NCBI RefSeq assembly: GCF_009914755.1
Contig: NC_060926.1
Direction: 5' to 3' (one strand)
Source: the human T2T-CHM13v2.0 reference genome, Homo sapiens
DNA: 64,000 bases
Below, one piece after another: positions 43,964 through 57,722 of the stretch. The position numbers and the translations under genes were made by a program. Each line of letters begins with the position of its first letter. Positions within the stretch are counted from its first letter, which is position 1. The notes under the pieces were generated by a model that ran no database searches, had not been told where the DNA came from, and was given only the letters and a program-made list of their open reading frames with translations.

Positions 43964-44304
43964 AACACACACACACACCACACACCACACCACACACAAA
44001 AAAACACACACAACAAACACAAAAAAATACACACAACACACAAACACACACACAACACACAAAAAACACACAACACACAAAACTCACACACACCACACAA
44101 CACACACCACACACATAACATACAACACGCACACACAACACACACACACAACACACAGCTATACCACTGTGTGTTGAAGATAATAACAGGGTGAACACAC
44201 ATACAACACATATACACACACACAACACAACACGCACCCACACAACACACACACAACGCGCACACACACACACACACACACACACAACACACAGCTATAC
44301 CACT
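43964..44304. repeat. CA-rich low-complexity compound microsatellite
   Basis: Directly visible. It produces the Cys/Val-rich ORFs on the minus strand. Confidence 0.95.
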
Positions 44305-44750
44305 TGCCATGATTCCAGCACTGTGGTGCATATAGGTATATAAAAAAACAGTGGAGCATATTCCTTGTTAAATAGCATAAATTCTTTCAGAGCTGAGACT
44401 AAAATAGGTAGCTTTGCCTGCCATAGTTAGTAATGTGCTTATTTGGGACATTTAAGAATGTTGTCTTTTCTCCAGTCAGGTTTTTGAAAACACCTTAGAG
44501 AAGGAATTCAGATTCAAGAAACTAAGAACTTATTTGGAAGGGAACTAGGTTGAGAAGATGAGAGACAGGAAGGTGGATCTACTTTCATAATTACTGTACT
44601 GGCAGGAGGAATTAGAAGCCCCTCTCTACCACATCCCAGTTGGGAACCACTGATGGGAATAATTCCGTTGGAGGTAGCACTTTCCTGAGGTGCAGAGAAA
44701 AGCAGTCATGCAAGACCACAGCAGTTCACTTGTAATAATGACAGCCCAAA

Positions 44751-45038
44751 CAGGCTTGCAGGGTTTGATTTAAAAAAAAAAGTGTCCAGTAAAATTTGGA
44801 TTTCAGATACACAGTGAATAATTTTTTAGCATAAATATGTATGCACTTTGACATCCTGCTAGCAAGGATAAAAAATAAATAAAATAAATAAATATGTATG
44901 TTCTGAGCAAATATTTAGGTTATCCCTGGATCATTCAAAGGAAATATGGCATGGGGCATGCTTATGTGAAGAAATTAATAATTGCTTCTATAAAATTCAA
45001 ATTTAACTGTGCGTCCTGTATTTTATCTGGCAACCCTA
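44751..45038. mobile_element. MER53 hAT MITE with central insertion
   Basis: CCAGTAAAATTTGGATTTCAGATA ... AAATTCAAATTTAACTGTGCGTCCTGTATTTTATCTGGCAACCCTA (inverted arms). Confidence 0.75.
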
Positions 45039-45639
45039 AGCCCAAAATCCCTTTCCCAACTCTTCCTCCATGTAAAAAAGAAAGAATAAAAAAGACAGAA
45101 GACTCTTTCATTCAATAAGAGAAAAACGTTGACTCTACAGTAGGTTTAGGTTTCCATAGCTGAAGGAAATATTATTTTATCAATAAGGATTCAGCCTGCA
45201 TACTTTCTGAAAAAAAAATACACGCGCTTGAAAATTATTGTCCTTTAGAATATTTTAAAAATAAATACAGATTTTGACAACTCAAACTATATAGATACAT
45301 ACGTAGACAATTTTAATACTCTGCTGCTCACTGTCCTCCTATTCCATATCCTCAAGGTGATCAGTATTCATTGTTAATGTATGTTCATGCATATTTTTGC
45401 TATGCTCATACGTTTATGTACTTATGTATAGTTCCTTTTTCATGGAATCATGTTACTCTGCAACCTGAGTAATGTGCTTATTTTAAGGCCATCTGGTTAA
45501 AGGAACTGGAAGATTACAGTTCCAGTGCTGGCAATGGTGCATTAGGCATCCTTATTCTAACGTTCTCAGCCTTGACCGCAAACAGAAATTCAGTGTCCCC
45601 TAGGATTCCCATTCCTCCTGGTATCATAGTCCTTCAACC

Positions 45640-45963
45640 CCATACCATCTAATATAGTAGACACTAGCCACATGTAGTTGACAAACCCTTGAAATGTGGG
45701 CTATCCAAATGAAGATGTGACATAAGTTTACAATACACACCAAATTTAGAGGCCTTTGCTGCAAAATAAAGAACTTTAAATCTCTCGTTAATAATTTTAT
45801 ATTGATTACCCATTGAGATAATGGTACTTGGGATATATTGGGTTAGATTAAAATGTATTATTAGAATGAATTTCATTTATTTCTTCTTACATTTTAAAAT
45901 GAGACTACTAGAAAAATGTAAATTACATATGCAATTTGCATTATATTTCTATTGGCAGCACTG
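45640..45963. mobile_element. MER33 hAT-Charlie MITE
   Basis: AATATAGTAGACACTAGCCACATGT...CTACTAGAAAAATGTAAATTACATATG...TATATTTCTATTGGCAGCACTG. Confidence 0.8.
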
Positions 45964-45974
45964 TTCTAACCCAA

Positions 45975-46247
45975 AGGCCTGCAGAACGATGTGAGTTCAC
46001 CTCAGAGGTACATGAGATGATTCCTTGGGAGTGTGGAAAGAAAATATAACTTCTTTTCTTACTTATTTTTATCTTATCAATTTTTAATTTATATTTTTGC
46101 GTCTGTTTCATAATGTACATAGTATATCGTCATGGTACTAAATGTGTATATTATTCAAATATTAACATCCATTTATTTGCAGATGTATTAAAAACATTTT
46201 TATAGACAGAAGTGTGCGACACAAAATTAAAGCATATGGTGACCTTG
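45975..46247. mobile_element. MER113/Charlie-like MITE
   Basis: AGATGATTCCTTGGGAGTGTGGAAAGAAAATAT...TAATGTACATAGTATAT. Confidence 0.5.
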
Positions 46248-47264
46248 CTTTGCAGGGGTGAGCAGAGGGAATGTTTTCCGTCCTCTGTTACATATTGCTC
46301 CCCCTTGGTATCTGACCCACCTTTCACACCTTTGTGCTGACTTTATTCCTTCTCTTTCCTGAATCATGTCCAAAGGCGTCCCAGGGAAGATAAATGAAGC
46401 TCTAAGCTTTGCCTTCCTGCTTTCTGGATCTTAGGGTTTGGTGTCCTTGCTCCTTGGGTGCCTTGAACATCCCATCTGGCAAGGTTGGGCTGCACCTGCC
46501 TTCCCGATGCGCCTTCCTCCCAGAGAGCCTGGTGCCCACCCCAAGGCTCCTCGTTCTCCCTCACACTCTTCTCCAGCACCTCCGGCCTCCCCTCCCTACC
46601 AGGTCCCCTGAGCTGTGGAGATTACAAAGGAGAATCAGGTTTACACTACTTTCATCCTAACAGATAATGAGAAGAAAGAGAAAGCAAAAGTGAGATGAGA
46701 GGACAGATTGATTCCGGGGGCTCTGACCACGGGATGATTCGCTCTCAAATCAATTCCCATTGAATTGAAACCAACACCCTCTCAACCTAGGTTACTGGTA
46801 TTAGAAAGGAGTTATGGGAGTTGGCTAAGCCTATAACACTTTCTTCAAAAGAATGTCTATTCGATTATTTCTTTTGAAGGTACTATGTTGTGGCAGCCAT
46901 GAGAAATATAGGATGGATGGAAACGTGAGTAGTCACATCACTCCACAGGGAAGATAATAACAGAGTGTAGCTTTTAAAGGGGCTTGCACCCACCCACCAC
47001 TGGCACAGGTCCTTGGACACACATGTACACATGCACATGCCCACACCCTTTGCTGTGCCCCCTGAAACTCATTCCCCCTGCAACTGAAACTTGCCTTTGC
47101 TTGTGATCATTCACACCCCTCTCTGTCATTCCTGCACCCACTCAATTCCTCACTCTTATGCTCAGAAAACATTTACTGACTGAGGGCCTGTTCTAGGAAA
47201 GGCACCAAAGTCTAAGGATAATCAAGTCTGGTGGCCACATTCAGAAAATTCTGGCCGAAGTGTT

Positions 47265-47341
47265 TTAGGTTGAATCATGAAATTGCTGATATTGAACAGT
47301 TTCTGACCTTTGAAATGACCACTTTATATAGTGAAGCTTAA
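47265..47341. mobile_element. MADE2 mariner MITE
   Basis: TTAGGTTGAATCATGAAATTGCTGATATT...TGACC, with a decayed right arm. Confidence 0.65.
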
Positions 47342-47384
47342 TTTTGTACATGCATACACATGCATATTTGGGGTTCATATCACT

Positions 47385-47612
47385 ATAGAAAAGTGGTCAA
47401 AAACAAATTCTGGCACCAGATTAATTATTTATTAGTTTTGGAAACTTAAGTAAGTTGCAACTTAACTCATCTGAATCTCATTTTCTTCTTACGAAAATGG
47501 AGAAAATAACGGGCTCTACTTCATGGGGTTATTGTGAGGATCAAATACTTAATCTTTATAAAGCATTTAATACATACTGCCCAGCACATAGTAAGTGCTC
47601 AATAAACGTTAG
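47385..47612 (+). mobile_element. MIR
   Basis: AAAATGGAGAAAATAAC...GGTTATTGTGAGGATCAAAT...GCACATAGTAAGTGCTCAATAAACGTTAG. Confidence 0.8.
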
Positions 47613-48574
47613 CTGTAGCAGTGGCTGCTGTAGCAGTGGCTGCAGTAGCAGCTAACATTTATTATCATTATTAGTGGGTGGTAGCATCACTGTCATCTAT
47701 GGAAGTCCATGTACAGTATTCCTATTTGCAAGATGATAAAATAGACCTGCTCAAGTGAGAGAAAAATCTCTTACTGACTCTCCCAGCCAGGAAAGCCATC
47801 ATCTTATCAATAATGGAAACAGAATACTTTATTAAAACTGTAGAAATTCAGCAGAAGTTATTAAAACAACTAGGAACTTTAGTGTTTGACATTTGAATAG
47901 AGAATAACAAAATGGCAGTGGGGAGGGACCCAGAAAGTGTGAGGAGTGCAAGAGGGGAGGGAGCAGGTGGCCGTGCTGGCTGCGTTTCACTTTGGGCAGG
48001 GTGTTTGCATCTAGAGACCTGCCTGTTTATTCCAAGTGAAAGCCAAGGGCTGAGTGCCCTTGTGAGGAGTTCGTGTTAAGTTTCATGTTTGTGCAGGAAA
48101 GATCTGAAGGGCAGTGTGGCCACAAGGACTGATGGACAGATAGATAGACATGTCTGGATTTATGACTGAGCAGCTGACCCGCGCCAACATGCTAGTGAGG
48201 ACACACAGTTGACTTAACACAGGCTGCTGGTATCCACAGCCAGAAGTCGAAGAAATTGTTGGTGTTATTAACAATCTTCTGGCAGGAGGATGGCACTTAC
48301 GTCCTGGCTGTGCCGACACAGCTAAGATTCTCTGGTGTGGATTCCAGGAGCACATCGATCCTGGCCACACAGACAAGCTGGAGGCCAAGAGTCCCTTCCC
48401 TTGTCCTCACAGGGGGCCACCACAGTCAGCCTGGACAGCCCCTTCAACAACCAAGGGACCTGTTTACAAAACGGTGAAACAAACTAAAATCAGACAAATA
48501 AGTGTCACACTAGATTGGCTGGTGGAGCCAAAGGGTTTGATGTAGAGGTGCCAAAAAGGAGCATAAAACCAAGG

Positions 48575-48745
48575 GGAGATCAGGGCCTTGGGTGCAGAAA
48601 GGGTGAAATCAAATCTCACCTTTAGCCATTAATATTAGTGTGGCACAGGCCAATCCTCTTACCTGTGGGGCCTCAGTTTCCCCATTTGAGAAATGGTGAT
48701 GAAAATCTGCCTCATAGCCCTATTGTGAGATTGGAGGGAAATCCT
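48575..48745 (+). mobile_element. MIR fragment
   Basis: GGGCCTCAGTTTCCCCATTTG...CCTCATAG...ATTGTGAGATT. Confidence 0.6.
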
Positions 48746-49651
48746 GGCTGTGACTTGCCCAGTGCACCTTAGTTCATTTTCCTCCTCTCTGTATGTAGTA
48801 AGTCACTCCAGAAGAGAGCCGACAATTCTGGCCCTGACAGGCGCAGCAGCCAGCCCAACCCTGAGAAGCAGTTCCCCCACCCCTTCTCCCTCACTCTGTC
48901 CTCCCCTCCTGGCTTTTTCCCAGAAGGCTCCAGGGCTCCCAGGCCAACTGCCAAACCACAGGGCTCTGCCATTGGCTTTCATAGACCCCCTCCCCTTCCC
49001 CTCTTCAACTGCATCTCTGCGTGGCAGTCCTGCTCCGGGCTCCCTCCCTGGAGGGTAAGACCCGTGGCTGCCCCAGCCTGCTATGCCAGCATTTGCAGGG
49101 GTATTCATCTGAAACCACTACTGACAATCTGTGTTTATTTGGGGCGTGCAGAGGAGCCAAGGGCTATGAAAGGAGCTGCGTTCCAGAACTCTCTGATTCC
49201 CATCAGGCTGCGCAGATCAGGCCCTGTAGCTGAAAGAAGAGCTAGGCTTTCTCTTTCCATGTCTTCAAATAGGGGACCGCACACTAGTTGCAGTTCCAAC
49301 AGTTGCAGTCTGCAGTTCCTCTTTTTGCTCACTGACAACACAACCCAATCCTGTGCCTTATCAAAGACAAGAACTATTAGAGAAATGATGATGAGAATTG
49401 AGGATGTCAAATTTTATACATTTGTAATTGCAGGGGATAACAAGACTTCTTTATTTTGCACTGTTTAATATTTCAACTTTTTATGGAAATAGAGAAAAGT
49501 GCACAAATTGTCAACTGATAGCTGGGATTGGATGGCAGGAAGAAATTGACACTAGGACTGGCTTCCAGCACCTTTAGCTGGACCATGTAGCCTCTTAGGG
49601 CACGAGAATTGAGAACATTCTTTAGGAACCCTGTTAGCATATTTATTACAA

Positions 49652-49870
49652 CCAGGGGTGAGCTGGAGCCAGCTTGCACCAGCTCAGAAGAGCCTATTTT
49701 TCCCATCTCTTCCCAACTCCACATTCAGTGACCTCACATTGGTGCTTGAAATCAGGGTCAAAGGGAGTATTTACACCACAGAAATCAGCAGATGATAAGT
49801 AGAACAGCCACCCCACCGACCTCCCACCTCCGCCACGAACAGTTTTTAACCATTTACTAACAAACCACTG
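49652..49870 (+). mobile_element. MER63A-like hAT-Blackjack MITE
   Basis: CAGGGGTGAGCTGGAGCCAGCTTGCACC...CATCTCTTCCCAACTCCACATTCAGTGAC...GGGAGTATTTACACCAC...ACCACTG. Confidence 0.8.
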
Positions 49871-52689
49871 TTTAAAACTTTCCTAAAATGGGTGAACAAA
49901 ATTTGAGTACCTTTCTGACTAACTCCAGTTTAATCAATCCCTACCCCCTTTCTCAGAAAATCTCCCTTCCCATTATCTTGCCCTGAGAGTACAGAGCCTT
50001 TGCAATCTTCCTTCTGGAAACTCTCATGCATTTGACAACTGCTGCACCTCAGCCTTTTTCCCTCTCTTCTGCTTTTTGTTAAGTGATTGCTGTTCTTGAG
50101 TGTGTCTAAGTGATTCCCCAGAGACATATCCAGGTGGTTGATGTGCAAAGCCCGGCACTTCCTGGAAAGAAACCTCTGCTCCAGGGCTGACAGTGAGGCC
50201 TCCCAGAGCCTCCATGACCCCCTTGGATTGCAGACACTGTCCAAATGTCCTTCTGTCAGATGGCTTCCCCTAACGCCATGCCTTTCTCAATTTATTGCAT
50301 TTTCAGCCTTACTGAAGTCTGCCCTGGGGACAAATTGGAAACCTATAACCTTAGGACAGCAAGGTAAGGAGAGCCAATGCACAGCCCCTTCACTTCTCTG
50401 GCCCCTCAGTCCCCTCTTGTCTTAATTGGGCAGTGTGGGTCAAACGCTGCACACGTCCCTTCTGATTCTGCACGCAGTGTTCTTTCTACATCTTGGCTGT
50501 ACAGAGAGTTCCATTTTTCACCCCCATGAGAGGGGGGTGGGGCAAAACACTGAAGGAATCTTTCAAAGACCCTCCACCTGACCCCTGTCTGAACAAATAA
50601 TTAATCTCCTGAAAAAGCAGCTCGCTGATGGGTCCAGGCTGTGCCTGTGGATTTATGAGGTGACGTCAGTTTGAAGACTGGGATGCAGAGCCTGAGCTGT
50701 GTTTCACACACTCCTCAATTGTTTTAACGGACCTGCTCCTGAAGGCCTCCAAATCTTTCCCCAAGCTAAGCTTTATTAAAATGGCAAAGATGGAGAGGAG
50801 TGCTTTTCCAGATAAATCAGCTTACTTAGGCTCTGCTCCCTCCCCTCCCCCTGTCTACTGGAAAGCACTCCCAGAGGGAAGGAAATGAAGAACTGCAAAG
50901 TACTTGCAGGTACATGCTTAATGCCTTAAACTCTAGCATTGTGTTAACAGCTATTCATGGACTGGACTTTAAAGAAATAGATGGATTCTCAATCTGCCCA
51001 ATTTAAATAATCCTTAAGAGAGAACTAAGGAGGAAGATTAATGTCCTTAGTAACTAAATGACACACCAGAGTTTAGCCTGGAGGCTGGGTCTCTGCACTG
51101 ACTATCACAGTGCAATTCCTTGAGAGGATCCAGATAAAACTGGGTTTAAAATGAAGGTGGGGGGCGTTAATGGGGAGAAAAACGGTTAGAAGTCAGAGTG
51201 AAAGAAGGGAGGGGTGGATGTGAGCAAGCGGGGATGGAGGCAAAGCTTTTGTCCCAGAGACAAAAGTGGTGGGAGAGTGAAGGAGTAGAAGAAAATATAT
51301 TTCTACTCTTGACTGATCATATGTGTCATTGTCTCTCAATACATACATGTATATAATATGCATACACACGTGTAGTCTCTCTGACACATACACACACATA
51401 GTCTGTTTATAGACTGCATGCATACTTGTCTAAGACTTGAGAAATGTAAAGTCAGAGGCCACTTATATTTAGAATTTCAGGAATATGTATTATTGATTGA
51501 AATGAAAGACCTTAGAGACCTGAACTGTTAATATCTCATTTATGGGAACAAAATAAAAACAATTGTTGCAACTTAGCATGATTTTTGAGAGATGGTGATG
51601 GTAGAGAATCACTTCAGGGAAAGGGAGAAGGTTTAGCTGACAAGTGGGAGAAAGAAAGGGTATCCTCTGTGTGGTGTCTATGCATGTATGTTGGGCAAAT
51701 CTGCAGTGAGGAAGCAGCCAGTGAGGGAAGGGAGAAAGCCAAGGAAATGATCAGGGCAACACAATCCCCTGATCCAAACAACTCTCCTGTATTTATATTA
51801 GGACTATATGAGACTGGTCAACCTTGCAAAATTAGTGACTACATTTCATTAGCTATATTTAGGCCGAATTAAATTTGAATTCAATCACTTTTGATTCTGA
51901 GGTCCATCTCTTTTTACTATTTCCCATTCTTGTGGCAGTTACTATGTAGTCAAAACCAAGTATGACAGATGAAGAGAGCTCCAGGGCTAGAAAACTAAAA
52001 GGTTGTGAGGATAATTTGAATGGGACTTGTGTCACCTTGTTGATTGCAAGGTGGATTCCCTGATGGCCTGGCCAGCTGCTATGACTGCCCTCTTTGTCCT
52101 CACCATGCCATAGGCCGTCTCTGGAGCTTCCCTCAAGGTCAAAAAGGACAATCTTCCAAGACGGAGAAGGGCCAGTCTCTGTAAAGTCCTTTAGCGCAGA
52201 GGCCATAATATCTACCACTTTCCACAGTGTTTGGCTCAGTATGACTTTTAAGAAATCATTTACAGAATTAGAAGTATTTCCACTACGTGGAATACAGAGC
52301 ATATAAGGCCTGCCTTCTAGAATCTTGTAACCTAAATAAGATTGGATTTATACTAAGAGAGAAGCAACTAAAATAGCATATAATAAATGCATTTTTTACA
52401 TTGTGTCCTAATACCACATACCAGCCCTGGTCAGAGATGTGGAGAAAGTGGCTTCCTGTAGATAACTGAGAGTCCACTGTGGTAGAATAGGGAGGGTGTA
52501 CATTGAATCAGGGTAGGTACAGGCCTTTTAGAACTGGCTGAAATTGAGGAGTCAGTATCAGATGTTGAGAAGAAGATATTTCAAATAGAGAGAACCTTGG
52601 TGGATAAAATCGGATTTTGTCTCTTCAGCCCAAAGTCTACTACAACACAGACTTAAGGCATCTCTTGAAAACAAAGTTTCACATGGTAT

Positions 52690-54800
52690 CTGGTTATGTT
52701 ATTGGTCCAGGCTCTAGATTTGTACTTCAACAGCCCTTTCCCTCCACCTCCGAGTGTGGGATTACAAAGGAAAGCACCATAGATGGCTTCAAAGAACTTA
52801 CGGCTTAGAGTGAAGACAGACGCACTAGTGTCTTGAGAAGTGACTCAGTAAGATAATTGAATTGTATGTACCAGAGGAATATGGTAGAAGAAATAAGTCA
52901 TTCTGCCTGCACACATTAGGAAAGGCTTTACAGAGATATCTTGCCTAAACAAAGACTTGAAGGAATTTTTTGTAGATTAGGTAGGGAAGTGCTGTCCTGG
53001 TAGAAGAAACTGTTTGCGAAGACAGAGCGGTGGGGGTGTCTGATACGTTGGGACAATTGCAAGTGTCGAAAATGAAAATAAGAAGTAAAAAGCAGCATGA
53101 GGGGAAAAGGTGCTTGATTACAAATGCCTTATCAGTTATGCAAAGAGTATATATTTTTATGCTACAGTGTAGGGAATAAGGAGTCATTGGGAATTCTTCA
53201 CCAAGACAGAAGGGATGCGTGTATCTCACTCCAGCAGCTTCCTTCCTAGTCTTCTTTCCGGTGGTTGTTTCTGCCTTTCTTACCAATGTGGCTGGTGGTG
53301 AGTGCCTTCTACAAATGCTACCTCTTGACCCCTTGGGGAGAAGGGATTCATATCAGTTGCCGGATTTGGAGAGACCAAGTCCCAGCTTATTTTTTTCCAA
53401 CAGAGTTTTCCTTGCTTCATGGTGTCACAACCTATTGTTACTGGGTGCTAGGATACATTGGCCATATCTCTTGGGTGGAGAGCAGGGAAGACAAAATCTT
53501 CCAAAACAGCATAAACTCAGCTTCATTCTGTAGTGTCCATTTGACCCAAAGAAATCCCATGTCTCCATGCAAAGATAAAAGGAGGGAATGTTACCCTTTT
53601 CTATCAAGTTGTCTTTTTTCCTGCTGGAAGTGAGAAGGGGTGGAGGCTGTTGAGGGGAAAATGCATGCAGGAAAGCTGATCAGGTTCATCAAGTGTGCAA
53701 CTCAAGCAAACCTCTATATAAGGGAACGGGATTCCAGCGTTCACTTCTTGGAGCATCTGCAGTCTCTAAAAGAGATTATCTTGGTTGACCCTTTCTTGAT
53801 GTAGGCAAGAGAAATATACTTCATTCCCCACTTGACCTGCAAGTCATTAGTCTGATGATTGTCCCCACCACTCTTCCTTTATCTTCTGTTTTATAGAACT
53901 GGGCTCAGGCAGGAGAGATGGACCCCTCCTAGAGTATTGATGGTGAGAACGCTAGTTGTGAGACCACAGTAAAAGTTCCACTGAGCATCCTGTCTCAGAA
54001 TAGCCACTTTAGAGGCAGTGTAGAAAATTGATGGAACCCTGTTAGGAGGCTATAACCATAGTCCACTGAGACATGATGGGAACAAGGCTAAGAAGGAGAG
54101 GAAAGAAAGTTAGGAAGTAGATTTGAAAGTGAAAATGATAGAGAAATACAGGAGGGTAAGAAAAATAGGTATATCTAAGATATTTAAACTTTTATTTCAG
54201 GAAGAGATTTCATGATGGTGTTAATCACTCAGATGAGAAATCTGAGGCTAGGAGTGTTAGGGGCAGAGTGGAGGAAGAGGCAAGGGAATGAAGAGAAGAG
54301 AGTTCAGTTTGGGGCATATTACAGTGGAGCTGCATGAGATAAAGTCTAGGCAGAAAGAGCTGCATACTCCAAAATATAGAAATATGAAAACGTAGAAAAT
54401 ATAAGAAAGGAAAAGAGGTGTGACAGAGGACATCCACATCTTCAATGAAAATGCAATGAGAACAGTTAACTGATTCTAGAGCAAAAGAACTCTATGTCAT
54501 GAGATGGGAAAAACTTCTTTATCCTGAGGTGCTAGAGGAGGGTTGTGTGGCAAAGAATGTAACAGATGTTAAGAGTAGAGCTTTGGGTAGCTGCCAGATC
54601 AGAAAGTGTATAAAAGAAGGGTATAATGGGAGCAACAAAATGGAGCATGCATTCACTGTATCAGCAAATGCGTTGGGAGAGGGAATGTACTAGGATTAGG
54701 ACATGGCATCTATCTGGTAAAATAAGAATAGGAGCTATGCATTTACTTGTTTGAAGATTGTGTAATCAGCCAGTTACTAACAGCACAAGACTCTTCTAGA
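52690..54800 (-). mobile_element. L2 fragments, split at about 53202-53997 by a non-L2 insert
   Basis: AGGAAAGGCTTTACAGAG...GGAGTCATTGG, then TAGAGGCAGTGTAG...GTTAGGAGGCTAT...AGTTCAGTTTGGGGCATATT. Confidence 0.6.
53202..53997 (+). mobile_element. Unassigned LTR-like insert with TATA, Inr and poly(A)-like signal
   Basis: Interrupts L2. Inverted termini AGACAG / CTGTCTCA. TATATAAG at 53715, TCACTTC at 53741, AGTAAA at 53968. Confidence 0.4.
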
Positions 54801-55154
54801 GGATTTAGGAACACCTGAGCTGCACTAAAGGGGAATTGAGCTAAGGATGTCATTTTTCCAGAATCATGATCTTCAAAACTCAACACTAATGCCCGATTCC
54901 TTGGCCTGCTGTCTATGGGAAGGCCATGTTTAATAACATAAAGTCATTAACAAATGCTTTGGTACCTCAAGACCAGAGTGTGCCTGCATCTACCTTTCCC
55001 AAAGCCTATACTTTCTTGGGAAGGGTTCTTTTTGGATCTAAAAATATGTAGGGAAGGGATGTAATTATGCAAAATAGATAGCAGCATTTTCTTTCACTCA
55101 GGTATTTACTTTCACCTCCCATGTTTGCAGAATATTGCCACCCGCTCTTTGTTT

Positions 55155-56275
<1,121 letters not shown>

Positions 56276-57449
56276 ACCCCTTTAGAATGAATGTTCATGT
56301 TTTCTCTTCATAGGAGGCCAATTGTTTCTAGTCTCATTGTCAAGATGGTGACCAAACTGTCATTTGATAATCCCTCAGCACGGAACCTGGTACCACTGTG
56401 GGTGAAGCAAGCTACAGAGGCCGGATCCTCTAATGCTGTCTATTATTGTTAGACCAGACTTCTGCAGCCGGCTTCACCCAAAGGGCTGCAGAGTCTCCCT
56501 CCTTCCCACTCTGCCTCTGCTAAACTCAATGTCTGAGTCCTTGAGCACTTCAGTGAAGGGGCTTGATGGAAGGTCTCAGATAATATGTTTATTATTTCCC
56601 AGACACCCTCCCCTATCCTCAGCTCCAAATCCATTTATCTCTCCCATAAAGTGCTTATTGACAGAGAACTTGAGTGCTCAGAATGATGCCAACTGAAGAC
56701 AAGCCTCTCCAAATACAGCAGTCCTGTCTCCCCTTGATCTCCCCAGGCTGAATCCAAAACAGCTGTGTTTCTGCCTCAACCTCAAGGATTAGCTCAGGGA
56801 CTCTCCCTCCTCCCACCACCAACTGCTTTCTTGGGTCGTTGATTTTTCAGAGAGAAAATGCCTGTGGTAGCGGCACGAAATAGCACTGCTCAGCCTCTAG
56901 AAGAGGTTTGCAAGCTCATTCAGCCAAAAAGTAATTATATTGAGCCTCCCAGAGAGCCTCTGCTCCACCCACATTTGCAAATACTCTTTTACTACATACT
57001 CTGTGTTTCTAAGTCTGTAATTCAGATTCTTCTTTTGTTAGTTAAGAAGAGTGTGGGTTTTCAGGTATGCAGCAAAAGAAAAAGAGTCCATAAATAATAG
57101 AACTTAAGGGAGAGGCAGAGCTTAACACACGCATTTGAGCCCAATGTCTGATTTCATGCAGGTTGCAGCCTGATTTCTCTTGGGTCATTTCTACTCTAGC
57201 TGGGCCTACTTGAATGATCTGATCTGGTTAAAGTTTATCATCCAGAATGAATTAGCTACAGTCTCACTTCTACAGGAATAGCAGGATCAAATGACTTCCA
57301 GCTTGATGTTTCCCTGAATTCTACCATCAAGTAAAACTGTCATTCATTCACGCTACAATTAGTAAGGCACTGTGCAAGAGTCACTTGGTTATAAAGAGAA
57401 ATCCTCATCTTAAGGAGTTTACAGTCTGGAAAAGAAGACAAGAGGTTCA

Positions 57450-57675
57450 ATGTGGCACTTTGTTATTAGGAGATGCAGAGGCCTGGATTCAAATTCCGCT
57501 CCTGCCCTGGGAAAGTCCACTTAACCTTTCTGTGCCTCAGTTTTCTCATGTGTAAAATGTGGCTCACAATTGTATTATCCCAAAAGGTTTCTGTGAAGAT
57601 TAAAAGAGATAATATATGTAAAGCGTGTATGACAATGCCTGGCACCTAGTATTGCTTTTAGCTATTACTATCATA
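57450..57675 (+). mobile_element. MIR
   Basis: CCTGGATTCAAATTCC...CTTAACCTTTCTGTGCCTCAGTTTTCTCATGTGTAAAATG...ATGCCTGGCAC. Confidence 0.8.
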
Positions 57676-57722
57676 AGAGAGCTACAAATAGAAATGATAT
57701 GTAGCAAAATACTGTGAGATGC

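Noticed and set aside
43740-44359. Cys/Val-rich ORFs up to 181 aa
   Set aside because: Translation of the TG-rich strand of the CA tract.
47612-47653. GCTGTAGCAGTGGCT repeated about 2.5 times
   Set aside because: Ordinary short tandem expansion at a MIR tail. No spacers, so not CRISPR-like.
49064-49468. Overlapping ORFs, one with a hydrophobic N-terminus (MTSSILIIISLIVLVF)
   Set aside because: No recognisable family or splice structure, and the listed start is not an ATG.
51859-52302. 147-aa ORF in unique sequence
   Set aside because: No recognisable domain or exon context. This length can arise by chance in six frames of 64 kb. PhyloCSF would settle it.
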